Both the position numbers and the translations under genes were made by a program. Below the pieces are notes generated by a model. The model was given only the letters and a program-made list of their open reading frames with translations. It was not told where the DNA came from and did not search any database. From Lingula anatina (taxonomy: Eukaryota > Animalia > Brachiopoda), in contig CM120648.1 of the NCBI GenBank assembly GCA_051362555.1, positions 12,024,587 through 12,088,586 of the forward strand: 64,000 nt of DNA, written 5' to 3'. Positions 27,721 through 41,100 of this stretch are shown piece after piece (within the stretch, counting starts at the first letter, position 1; every line of letters starts with the position of its first letter).

Positions 27721-30086
27721 ACGTGCGTTCTAGGACTTAAGTGAAGATATCGCTCCAAAAATGCGGGTGGTCCAAACACAAAACTAACACCTTTTCGGAG
27801 ACAGTTGTAGATAACTGTGTCAAATAAACCAATACCCTGATTTTCCAGCTTAATTCCCGGCTGACTCTAGCATGGATCACGTATACGTGGAATATATGCC
27901 ACACAGCAATCACCGTGCGATACTCGGGGTGTTTGTCGGCGGTGGATTTGGCAGAATATTTAGCGATAAAAAAGTCACAGTTTCAGCGATTGTTCTGCGT
28001 ATTATCTGTGATTAAAGATGGTAATCCGGTGTGTGTGGCAGCCGGCAGGTACACCAACTCAACAACTAACTAGATATGTCTGTGATTTATCATTTCCTCG
28101 TGGATATCGTTATGATTTTAATAAATCTACCATAAAACTATATATGCCGTGACTGAATAGAATTATAGCATATGATTTGATCAAATAGGCTAATAATTTT
28201 GTGCGAATTGAAGAACATCCGATAGAAATTTGTGTGTAAAACGTGATTTTTGGGGAGGAAACATGGCTTGCACTATACACGCGCACTCACACATACGCAC
28301 TCACAAACACAAACACGCGCGCGCACACACATACACACACCGCACACATACTCAGAGACAGACGCTTTGGTTTGAAAGGCAACTTAAAGGTAAATGAAAG
28401 AACAACGAATTTTGTTCAAACAAATATTGTAGTATCTTTACATTGACAAACTAGTGTTTATTTGAGATTTTATAAAAGTGAATGTCTCTTAAAATGATTG
28501 TTTTTCGGAGCACTGATTGCTCTTGAATATGTTTAAAACACCTGGTCTTGCTATAACTGCAATGAGCTCCAAAAGCCACATTGTCACATTTGTCACATCT
28601 GCACCATACTTTTTTATACATGATACAATATTTCTGTCAATGATATAAAATAGAACGCTATTAAAATACATCAGATTCATGAACTATGTTACTTTATCTG
28701 CAGGACTGTCTAGTGAAATTGGTCTTAAAATCGATATTTTATGAGGACCTCGCTGAGTTTGAATCTACAGAAAGACGCTCGGAGAAGGGAACCCCTAGAA
28801 AACTCCGCAGCTATATTTTCGCACCAAATTTCCTGAAAAGTCCCCGTATCACAGTAAAACTGTGGTTATTTATGAAGCAGTCTGAAGAGGCTCCATGTAT
28901 TACTTACCGGATATATTTAAGTTAGACACTCGACACGGCAATTGAAATTTAAATTCATTCCCACCTTAATGACAAGACAATCATCGAAATTTAAGCAGGT
29001 GTGCAATCAATGCTTATATGCTACATAAATAGCCTAGTTTTAAGTTTATTAGACCAATTATACGGGATAACGGACCACCGTACAGCTTCACAGCTGAGCG
29101 TCACCTATAAGTATTTTAATGAAATAACTTTTAACACAGAATATATTTTTCAAAACACATTAAGACGCTTTGTTGAGAAAGAAAGAAAAAAGGAATGAAA
29201 GAAAAAAGAAAGAAAGAAAGAAAGAAAGACAGGGAAATTCACTACACCATTTATTCGCTCACTGTCAGGGCATTTCGATTTAAAAGATGGTGGCACATCA
29301 GTGTTACATTTGGCAGATGTAACGGACTGCTAGAGAAATGAAATAATATGATCAGAAACTGAATAGTCTACATTGTGACAGTGGCAGCAAAGTCATTTCC
29401 ATTTTAAAAACATAGAGAATCCATTGTGAATGTTGGCAGTCGTTACGAAATTGATTTTCGGGCATCAGGAGATGTCAAATACCTATGGGAAATACCGACA
29501 CCAATCAACAATAACACTTCACGATTCATCATTATGATATAAAAGACACTGACTTTTGGCCATTAATTTTGGCAGCTTCATAATGTCGCAACAAATTGAT
29601 TTTTTATGCTAAAAATCCCAGAGAAAAGCAATTTTGGTCTTTAAGAACGATAAGAACAGTTACTCTTTCGGTTCAATATCTGATCTTGGAGGGACAGGGG
29701 ACCACGTGCCTCCCCCCCCCCCCCCCCCCCTCCAAGCTTTGGAGATACTCCCTTCCTGCTACCGGAACGCAGTATAGCAATCGAAACGTGACAAAACCAA
29801 GGAATTTCTTCATCGGTGTGCGATGTGCTTATCACACCTTAATTGTCCTTGTCTGTTATTTTGTACTATCTATCGGTGGACACCCCCTCCCCCCGCCCAC
29901 CCTTTAGGAAATCTAGGGGCGCACAGTTAAGTCCTGTCTTTTCTGCAGGCAAGAGTCACTGGACAATATCTGTTCCTATCTTGGGGCCACATGGTGCAGT
30001 TTCAGCCGAAGAAGCCACGAAGGTATGGCCCGGTTTCTAATCAATGCGAAGATCGTTAATTATACTCGAAGCATCCACGTCGACCT

Positions 30087-30228
30087 CTTTGATCAAACTT
30101 AACTGCAAATTACCCTCCGAGTTACGTAACCATTGTCCATCCGATCTGACTTGCCCAAGTGACTGGACCAACATGGTCAATTACTGGACCCGCCCGCCGT
30201 TTACCTCTGTCCCTTTGATGTTGCCGCT
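30087..30228. promoter_or_regulatory. Candidate TCF/LEF enhancer upstream of chordin
   Basis: CTTTGATC (30087-30094) and CCTTTGATGT (30212-30221), the latter flanked by GCCG helper-like words; motif evidence only. Confidence 0.3.
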
Positions 30229-30547
30229 GTCAGGTACGCCATCCATCAACTAGTTGTTTAAGACCGTCGGGTTATTAAGTACTTTTCCTATCTTTATTCG
30301 TTCATCGGTTTTTAATTGACATCCGTTATTTTGTCTTCAGATTAGATGAACCCGTTTGCTTCCTCCCTCCGTGGTGATATCTATTGAGAAACGTGATGTT
30401 TTGATTCCTGATAAACATCTTCGCCATCATCTTCATCGTTATCTTTTCTGATTTCTTTTGTTGTGTTGGCCGTCTCAGCCAAATCAGCCAAATCACTTCT
30501 GACTCCGTTTTTCTCTCTCTCCACCCCCTCCCCTCTTTCATTCTCCA

Positions 30548-30589
<42 letters not shown>

Positions 30590-33500
30590 AACACCAACTA
30601 AAACCAAACATGTGCGTCAGGTAAAGAAAACCAAAGAGTGAAACATTTGTTACTCCTTTCCATTTTTCAAAGTGAAAATAATTATATTTGCCCAGTCGTT
30701 ATTACACTGGCCTTATAAATAGTAGGAATGGGGTAAGAAAATTATTGAAATTACGCAGTGGTAGAAAATAACATCTAATGAATGAAGATTATTATAAGAA
30801 AGATAAATAAAGCTACAGTAAGCGAACGTGTGGGCAACCCAGTATTTTTAGTATTTTAAGTAGTTTTCGTGTTTTGTCCCCCAGTTTTCAAAATATTTAA
30901 TCAAGATTACAATAAGAACATTCCAAGCTAAGATACGCCGTGGTATCTTGTAGGAGGTAAAGCAATGTTGGAGTTGAACAGAGCCCGCAAGTTTCACGTT
31001 CTGTTTATGTTGTGCAAGACGAACTGAAAGGAATATTCTGTCTGTACGTATTTCTATTTCTATACATTTGTGTGTGGGATGCCGAACTTCGTTTGTTTTA
31101 TTGTATAACACGTGCAGGGTTCGTATTAATGTTTTTATACAAGTCAACGGTGATGAATGTGTTAACGTTAGCGAGCATTACGGAGTGGTTACTTCAAGAG
31201 CCCTCTCAAGACGATTTTCTTTTCTTTTCTTTTTTTTTCTTTTTTCAAGAATTTTCAGAAAAAGGTTGGCTAAGGAGACAAAGTTCTACTACAAACTGTG
31301 AGGTGATAAAATAAAGACAATAAAGATGACATTTTTGGTTAGTCTTTGGCCGATTTAAGAATTGGAATAAATAAACAAAAGATGTTTGGTCCGAACTTTC
31401 TTTTATTTTAACTTGAGTGTTTGCGTACATTTGTCATCCCGTTTAAGGCCGTCGTAACATTTCTTTTCACAATTCGTCATCGGTAAAACTCATTTTTCAA
31501 ATATTGATCTTCTTTTATAAATAAATATACTATTCATTTCGTCAAAATCTTTAATTTGAAGTTTATCTGCGCAGTGTGCATTTAAAAAAATACCTATGGT
31601 TTTTCGTATGAACATTCTTGTTATCTATTTTTACAACAAATGATTAACATACTTCAATATTTTCAAAACAATTCAAGATTTATACATTTGCCATCCATTG
31701 GGTAATCCTTTTAAATAACCTAAAACAAATCAGATCAATAACAGATAAGACAATTAATTCAAAATATAAACAATATTACTTCTTAAGATCTCATTAAAAA
31801 TTTTGCACTTAAGAAGAATGTAACTTTATCAACATATTATGCATCAGTGATCGCAATTTACCGGAAAGATATCATTTGCTTGAACAAACATGGAAGGAGT
31901 CTAAAATGGCAATGCAGTGGTGGAAGTTTATTTATTGTTAAGCCTTAGGCATTCGTTAATACGCGGCGCATGGACCTATAAGTCACTTACAAGACGTGTC
32001 ATTGTTTGCTTTACAAATACAAATAGTCAGTAATATTGTAGCTGTGGAAACTTTGTAATTCAAATCATGAAAGTACAGCAGTTTAAGCAGAAACAAGGAA
32101 AACTGCGTTTTGAATAAGATAACTTTTATCTTATCTCTGCAAGTGCGTTCCTCGATTGTTAACATTTACTTGCTTGGAAGTAACCAGAAATCCTGCAGAA
32201 ATTAAAGCACTTAGCACTTAGCTGTTATTTGGGGACGTTCATCAACGTTTCCTAAAGCGAGAAAAAATTGCTTCCGCTTTCCTATCTTTGAGATCGATTA
32301 AGCTAATGAATTTTGGAATAATACAAAACATGTTTAACATTTACATAACAAGGCTAGCCGCTAATTACAATCAAGATGGAAGACCGCTCTATCTGACAGG
32401 GATGTTATTTCAGCAGTGCGGGGGTGTTACTTCAAATTATTTATCAATCACTTCGCAAAGATGGCGACGAAGATATGTTATTGCTCAATCAGATAATCTT
32501 GTGATAGGTCGGGGGGGGGGGGGGGGGGGAGGAGGAGGGGCGTAATTGGAAGTTTATTAGTCTGACTGCCCGTGTCTTGGCTGTCAGCCCGGCTGACAAC
32601 ACTGCAAAAGACCTAAGGTCAAGAGTAAAATGCTTAGAAATTATCCTTGATTGCTAGCCTCTACCAGGGCGACAGTTTGATTTTTCGCAAGATATTCACA
32701 TATACATATATGTCTTTAGAATAAAAGGCAATCATTAGGTACTCTGCTTTTTGAAAATTTGCCTATAATGTCTGCCACCTTGGTAAAGGGTACTTGATTA
32801 CCCTCTTATACCAGGGGTTTCTGAGAAAATATTCCAAATTAAAGAATGAGCGATACAATAATTTTGCAGCAGAAGACAAGCGTACCCTGTGGGTGGTCAG
32901 AGAGTAGCCCTTGGTGTGGTTCACTAATTTATTGTATGCTATAATACAGACGAGAGAGTGAGGGGAGAGAGATGTTTTTGTCCTGTTTCTTTCTGTATAT
33001 GATTTGACTTAAAAAGAAAAGTGTTAGAGAGAAAGAGAGAGGATGAAAGCGAGAGAATGGGGAATTTACGATCTATTTAACATCTCTGAGTGGTACACTG
33101 AAAATAATGTTTTTACTAAGTGACTCTCTTGCAATATGTAAAAATCTGATAAGTTAGGCGATGGTGCAAATGGCAAATCAGAACAAAAATGTTATTTAGG
33201 ATTACAATATAACTAACCAACTGTTTTTTTTTTTTTTTTTTTTCACTGTCAAGTGAATGCGAGCAGCACCCTTTGTAAACACCAAAGATCGCAATGTATA
33301 GTGAATGAAAAGAGTTTAACATGATTCTCTTTCTCTCTTTCTCTCTCTTTTCAATCACCTGCCTGAGGGGAATTCTTACACAGCCATCAATTAACTCCAC
33401 CACCGAAGGCGCTACATTCTCCACACAAACTGTCAAAATAGCCACAAAGTTTAATTTACTTCGCATTCTTTCTCCGTCCTTAAAGCGGGTAATTATGACG

Positions 33501-36500
33501 TAACCTCGCTGCAATCGGCCAGGTATCAGTTACGTGACCCCCCGCTAACGTGAGAAAACCTGTGTTAACGTATGAGCTTTTCACACCTGTATCTCGTCCT
33601 ATCTGAGCTTTCCATCGTACCTGGCGGTCATCCTCGTTACCTCGGACAAAGACTGCCCGCGTTGAGGGTGTCCAAAGATGAGTCTTGGACACGCCCCTTG
33701 TTAAGACCCTTAATGAGGATTTGGTGGTCAGAGTACTCGGTTCTTTTAAATGTCCAAGCTGACTACCTCATCTTTAACTGCTCTTTCTTTCTAGCATAAT
33801 CTTCAAAGGTCCAATAACTGGTCATACTTCTAAGGATTATAAATTATTTAAACATTAAAGATTGTAGCGTGTTTGTATCCCTACACTCTACAAACAAGAA
33901 TTAAGCTTAAGGAAATACGTTTTGAAGGAAGCAACCGAAATAAGACGTAGCTTATTTCTGCTCACAAAGAAGTGCCTGTCACTGTAAGGTACGGTTACTA
34001 TTCATAGAAAACCGTAAATGAATAAAACATCACAATTTATATTAAGAAATGATGAATTATAAACTTTTGGTCGGTGTTATGAGTATACCCGCAGACTTGC
34101 AATATTGGCGTAATTCTAAAACGTTCACCATCTAACCGCTATATGCAGAGAAGCAGGGTAGATTTTGATAAAAGCATAAACGTCTTCGAGATTCTGGATA
34201 TCACTGCAGTCATTGGGATAGGCTGGAGAAATTATAAAATTGTAACAATAAGAAGTTTTTATTTGGTATTCACGCCCACAAGTGATGTATAATATACATG
34301 AGAACAACAAAAATTTGACATGATGCAAACTAAATTCTAATCGTATTTCTTTGACATGGCCTCGACTCTAATGGTGGCCCAAGTACGGTACGTTATTATT
34401 ACTGCAATCTTTTGAGATTTTTCCATGGTGTCCGTATTACATTAAAGAATCTGAGTTGAATAAAAGGTGAGTGACCATTGGTCAACGTAAAGGTCATTAT
34501 TTAACTTGGGGCACCTCACACGGGAGGCTTGTACCCTTTTAGCAAGACCTATGATCGCTCGAGTCCAAATTTAACCTTCTGCTCAGTAAGAGTTAACTAC
34601 CGGTGCCGCGTTCGTGCCCGTTTAAACAAAACTCGTTTTAGTCCAAATTTCAGCAGACTGCCGTTTGATTACAATCCTTCGCCAATGACCAAGTCAACCT
34701 GGCGGTCATCGTTATAAGTGACGGGGTGATTTATTGACGGCTGATACAAAGTAAATTGCAATCAAGCGTCTTGTTCCTCCAACGACTCGAACGGATTCTT
34801 TCTTTGTTGAGCCGGAACTGAACCCGTCTTTGAACGTTTGCATTAGTGTCTGGTTGAACAAGCGCGTGCTGCGGTCTCGACCACTGTAATAATAAAGTAA
34901 TAAAAATATAAACACGTTCTTCCCGGCTCTCGCTAGTTCGCATTGTCTGCGCATTCCTCAACGTTTGGGTTCGATACGTGCTACTGTTATTTGTTTGCTT
35001 ACTCGGACAGAGGAGAAAATGTGACCATTTTAACGCTTCATAAACATTAACATACCGCGCAACCGGCGATACGCGATACGACCGTCCCCTCAATCGCCAG
35101 ATTTTTGTCCGAGAGGGCGAGGAAACACTGCAGCCCAAAAAGGGGGAGGGGGAATGGAATCACTTACAATATTCGATTAATGAGAAATTATGTCCCTGAT
35201 ATAATTCTGTGGCAGCCTATAAATGTCCTTGTATAACCCACGTGGAGATGTATGGTATCTTATATTCTTCAATAAACAGTATATTTGACACGTGTGTTGA
35301 GAAGATCGTAATAGTTTTTGTTAAGATTTCACAGGGTTTGGCTAGGGTATGGTACGTCTATAACGGTTTTCAAAAGAGGTTGTGACACTGATGTTCAGAA
35401 ACGCAGTGTAAGGTAGGTAATTTTGAGTGCATTGGATTTTTTGGAAAAATCTAAAAATCGTTAAGGTAATAACGATAATATATTATTATGGTGCAATTGT
35501 ATTTTATGTGACTATAACTTAACATTTTTACTTATGCATATAAATTATTTCCACCAACATATACTTTTGAATCTTTTTTTTTTTTTTTTTGAAAATTCAG
35601 TTTCATGTTACATACAGATAAAAAATGTATTGCACTAAATTATATTCTGTGACTAGATGTCTTTGGCGTTTCAAAATATATTGTTGAAACTTTGGATATG
35701 ACAAATATCATGCACATGTACGGTTGATCTATGCATTAATAACTAATAATATGTGAACGTGCGTAGGCGTATTTGTATGTACAGTATTTAGGAATAACGC
35801 AATGTTTATATCGTATATAAGAGACGAAAGTCCGCATTACAGCGGAGAGGGCCAACCCAAAATAACACTGTTACAAGCTTTGTTCCTTCAATAACCGCAC
35901 CACGGGACTGTAATAACACGCTTTAACTTCCCTCTTGTTCTAAGCACTTAAACCTTCTGTCTTGCTCAAGCACGGAGTTCTCAGACCCCTGATCTTGAAA
36001 GCTACCAAACGAAATTTTAGTTAATAAAGTGCAAATGTTATAAGGCTCAGTCGGGACGGACCTTTGACTTCGGGTATTTAATGCTGTAAAAAAATGCGTA
36101 ATAATCTCAGCGGTTATGATTGCAATAGACGCTATCGGGCCTGTCTGCGGGGTCGAACGCGTGCGTGGGTATGCCTGAAAAAATCGAGACTGGATTTCTT
36201 TTTTGTCTTTCGACTTAATGAAGTCTTGTTACCAAACGAAAAGGGAACGATAGAAATGTGATATATTTCCATATGTTTATATGTGCGTAATCAGTAGCAT
36301 CGCGAATTCGTTTCGTTAGATTTGTTCGAGATTACAAATAATTCAAATTATGTTGTGACGGTTTATGCGAATTTTACTGCATTGACATTTTCTATGGGAA
36401 ATGGGCCCGATATAGGAATGGAGGAAGGGGGGGTGCAATATTTCTATATCACCTTAACCGATAACCTAGCGTTACTGCCACTCGCAACGTTGCTTGACTC

Positions 36501-36857
36501 TTTATGTCTGAGTCAAGATTTGACTGACACGGGCATAATAGGTCCTAGTACAAACCAATTTAATAATAGCATACGGAATCATTGCACGTTACGAGCTTAT
36601 AGTGCCTCAGGCAGCGTCTTCTGACCCCCAGATCCATTACACTTTATCGGATGGTAACAAAACCCAACTCGACACCGAGTCATCTCTCAAGGTTATTCGG
36701 TAGTTAATTTCAATTTTTCTGTCTATTAATTCCATTATTCGGTCTATCTAGAACGGGTGACAGAACCTGATTTATTGCTCGAACTCGCGTGCATATTTAA
36801 GCGATGTTAATCTGAAAATCATTAAGTGCGTCTTACGCTATATGTGTCACATGAATG

Positions 36858-36903
<46 letters not shown>

Positions 36904-38086
36904 GAAAGAGTGTGAAAGAAAAAAAGAGAGAATTAACAAATTAACATAGATACATAGAGAAACGTTTTCTTTTCCAGTTATTTAGCCATATTTTGTTTAA
37001 TCTAAAAAGCATCTGGATACCATCCGCATCATTACCTACACGTAATTTCTTTTTTCTGACAGAAAACCAAATAAACTTCCTTCTTACTGACACGCAGTTA
37101 AAAATAAGAACATCTTCTTTATTTACATTCCAATTCTGTTGGTAATTCAGAGGTCTATATCCTCCTTTTGTGCACCCTGCGTTACCCGTGTGATCAGCAA
37201 CAACAGCTGATGGTCTGAAAGCAACAGATGTAAGCCATACACTCAGGGCACGAAGCCATGTAGAAAGAAAAGCGCACGATATTTCACTGGTGAAGCCAAG
37301 CAAAGAGTAAAGGGAAAGCGGGTGTGTTACCAGGCAGCTCACGCTTCACTGAGCATCCCTTTCTCTTTCACATCGCCGGAAGCCCTGAATGGGTTAATAC
37401 AGACACCCCTTAATCACCGGCCACTCGGGTCACGTGACCGCTCCTCGTGCAGCCCCCACGAATCATATGTAGTTAACTGTGAGCGAATGACAGATAGACG
37501 GACAGTTGACTAGACTGCTACTGTGAGGTAACAAACATTCGCTGGGATCCGCAGAAGGAGGTTGTACAATTCGCGGCAGTGCACTTCTCCGACGAACGTT
37601 CTTCTGAAGTTTACCAGTGCACAGTTAGATTATCACAGCGACTGATTACACACGGGCTCATTGATTCATATTCTTTTTACTTCTATTTATAGTGGACTAT
37701 TGGGACCAGTTCTACTGACCGGTGGTGGGCAGACGCATTAAGTGTGGACACGAGCGTTTGTTAAGACGTACACAAGACCTACACCGTGTGATTGCTTTGA
37801 AATTTGAACAATTAACGTCGAGCGGCATGCGGCTCGTCTCAAGCGCAGTTTAGCGTGCTACAGCAAGTCTGTCTGCTAGGACTGCCTGACTCACGGCAGC
37901 GGCGTGCAGCGGTTTAGGCCCGCTCCTTTCCTTGGATCTTTGTGAGCAGAATTTTACACTCATTTGGACTGGAAATTAAGGAGTTTGCATCTTAGACTTT
38001 ATTTTGCGGAGGGCAGACGGGAGGATTACCGTGGACTTTTCTCGTTGAGGTATCTAGGTATCTTCAAGCAGACGGAACAGAGGAAA

Positions 38087-38189
38087 ATGTTACTGTTAGC
38101 AGCTGTGTGCATCCAAGCTGTCGTGAGCGTCACGGGGCGACTACCGTTACATTCCGATAAAGCGACAGAAATGGACTCTAAAATCCCTG
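38087..38189 (+). CDS. chrd: chordin exon 1
   Basis: MLLLAAVCIQAVVSVTGRLPLHSDKATEMDSKIP+G|gtaagt; signal peptide. Confidence 0.85.
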
Positions 38190-41100
38190 GTAAGTTAACG
38201 AAATTATTGTATTTTTAATCCTAAGAACTAAGACAAAACAGAATGCCACCGAAAGTAAAAAAGTAGGGGCCCTGAAGTCAAAAATGCACTCAGCGTTTCA
38301 CGAAACATCCCCGGTAATTTAAAGAAAACGAACAAATTATTCAATCACGCTGGCTTTCGTTTTCTCAGGCATCTCGTCGTTCCCGTACAGGTGCAGGCCG
38401 CGTGCGGGCGCCGTACTGTCTATGGGAGACCTCGTACCTCATCCTTAACAAGTTAACTTCTCTAATCCCTCCGATCCACCGTTACATCACGGGTCCCTAG
38501 CGTTCCCCCTTGAGACGCTTGGTAATTCCCCTGCTAATTAGCCCATCTCAATTTGATTAAACGATCAAATATTTTACGCGGGTTATTGCGAGTAAAGTGA
38601 TTAAGTGATAGGCTGATTAAACAAGAGTTAGGGATAGATTACTCGGGATTAAGTCGCCTCCTGTCGTAGTTTCAGCTGTTGGGCGTTCATTTTGTGTATC
38701 ATTCTACGTTTCTTATTCTCACCTCCCCTTAATATGTATCCATATTTAAAAACAACGGGGGATTGATACGAATACCCCTCCTCGCTGTGTGTTAATGTTA
38801 CGTACAGAGACTTGAGTGGTGTTGTAGGATTACCAATAAGTAATTTAGTCAGTGTCGCGTCCCCCCCCTCGTCCAAGCAGTGTTCTATGCTTAATACGGC
38901 TCTAATACCCCCATTCAAACTGGTTACCTAGTATTTCATAATCTGCACTCGGTTTTTGTGCAGCTTTGTTGCCAACGTACACATTGAATACATTGAATGT
39001 GTCTCTGTAAGGACAAACTCATTCATTAGTATTGCGCCGTGTACAGTAAGCGCCGGGGGCTGTTATAACGACACGGCAAGACGTAATCTACACCCTTCAT
39101 ATTTGAAGTTATAGGAGCGGTTATGAAGTTCGAACGCGAAATCCGTTCTGTTGCTTCTATCGCCGCGGCGTCTGATCGCTCTTATGTAGCTGGAACGCCG
39201 TGAACTGGTTACCAAACCCCCGGTTAAATGTAGTAGAAGTAATGGTTACTGACGCTAACTTTCGTCTGATAATGTAGTGTAATGGTAACGACCCTAGTCG
39301 TACGTCTACAAAAACAGCAATACCGCTGGTTTAATGGCGAAGAATCATTGTTAGTGTAGTAGGGAAGCGGGGTTGTCATAATGGAGTGAAAATGTAAGTT
39401 GCGAATGAAAAGAAACTGGTGCATTGATGGTCTGCATTTCTTGCCTTAAAGATCCTGATTATTACAGAGGTTAAGGCTTTGAAGGAGGGAAGGACAGAAA
39501 TACATGTTCTGTGAGTGAAGCTGTTGGCAGTGAAAGTGAATAGTAACAGGGCCTTTTCTCTCTCCTCACCAAAATCTAGATCTGGGCAACAAAAGTTGCT
39601 TGCCACTTTTAATCGACCTTAAACTCGAAATCACAATGCCAAACTTGGGAAGTCAACTTGTCTTGAATTCGCCACAAAGACATATCAAATAAATGATGTT
39701 AATGACAATAATAATGGTAAGAAATCTAGTGTCAGGATTTATCAAAATGATTCATTCACCCCGCACGTCAAGGTTCTACGAAGGGGCGCGCCCCTAGGCA
39801 CGTTAATGGGAGTTAACATTAGCTAAGCGTGGCCTTCAGGGTGTCCAGACAGAGAGAGGAGGGGGGTTGTAAGGGCAGCGATGTTAACGGACTTATCAAC
39901 CGCCTAATCTGATTACACCACATCAGAACAACTGTTTTAAGACGCGAAAGAATGCACCGATTTACTGCAAGATGGCTAGGGTTACGTCAGACAAGGAGAC
40001 CAAATATGTTTCCGATTTTTTAGAACAGTGCCCTCGGCTCACCCAGCAGAATATAAATATAAGATATATCTAATTGGTGGTTTATTATATAAGAGTGTTT
40101 TACCCCCCAGACTTATCTTTGTAAGAACGTGTGTGTATTTGATGCACACTTTCCTATGCACGCCGGCTATATAGTACAATAAGAATGGAAAGGATGAATA
40201 TTTATCCGAACCCCCTCCTTTCGACAAAAAAAAAGAAGAAAAACATGCTCTCAAGCTGAGACTTACAATTATACAAAGCCGTGGCAGATTTAAAATTAAA
40301 CTGTTAAAACTTAAGTTCGGAAGTTGTTGCAATAAACACGCTCGGGTCTTTATGTAATTGGTCTGCATCAAACTTGACAGTGAAAAGAGCAAAAAAAGGG
40401 GCAATGATCCTGTATCGAGTAAATATCATTACCCCATGGATTTTCTAAATAATCGCCCACGGGGCCTTGTTATTGTTGCTAATGTTCATACCGAGCATCA
40501 TTATTAGTGATCATTGCTTGTTAAATGACTGTCCACTCTGGGTCAGTTAAACAATTTTGGCCAACTGAGGGCAAACAACTTAATATCAACCGCATCTTCT
40601 TAGAATCGTGTCAGTATTAAATCTGACAAGCACTCCAGTTCTTTAATTCTATGTAAACAAGGAATGGGGAAAAATCTCAGCATTTCATTTGTGGTTATGC
40701 TATTTAATTAGCTGGTGATAAAAATGCGGTTTTGAACAAATAGATTGGTATGTTTGCAATGTGGCGGTTGAGCAACTAGCCTCAAGGTTGAAGAGATAGA
40801 GAGAAAGTGAGAGAGAAAGAGAGAGGGGGGACGCAGAAGAAGGGGGATCCCACAGCTTGGTCACAAATACCTGTGATTTAAGGTATTTGAGATTGTTCCA
40901 AATATTTAGGGTATGTGTCGGCGTTTAAGTGTTTTGCCAGCGTTTCCACACCTGTGGCAACCGCAGCCGACACCTGTGGGGCGAGCGAACAATGGCGAGG
41001 AAAGTGATTCTTGTAATGGAAATAAAACAAAAACAGGCGCATTATGTCACTTTGGGACAAAGGCAGAAACTTGCCCGACCCATCTGAAAAGAACGCAGTG

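Noticed and set aside
37964-38086. N-terminal extension of chordin from a TTG start
   Set aside because: The first ATG (38087) has A at -3 and directly begins a signal peptide; there is no evidence for non-AUG initiation.
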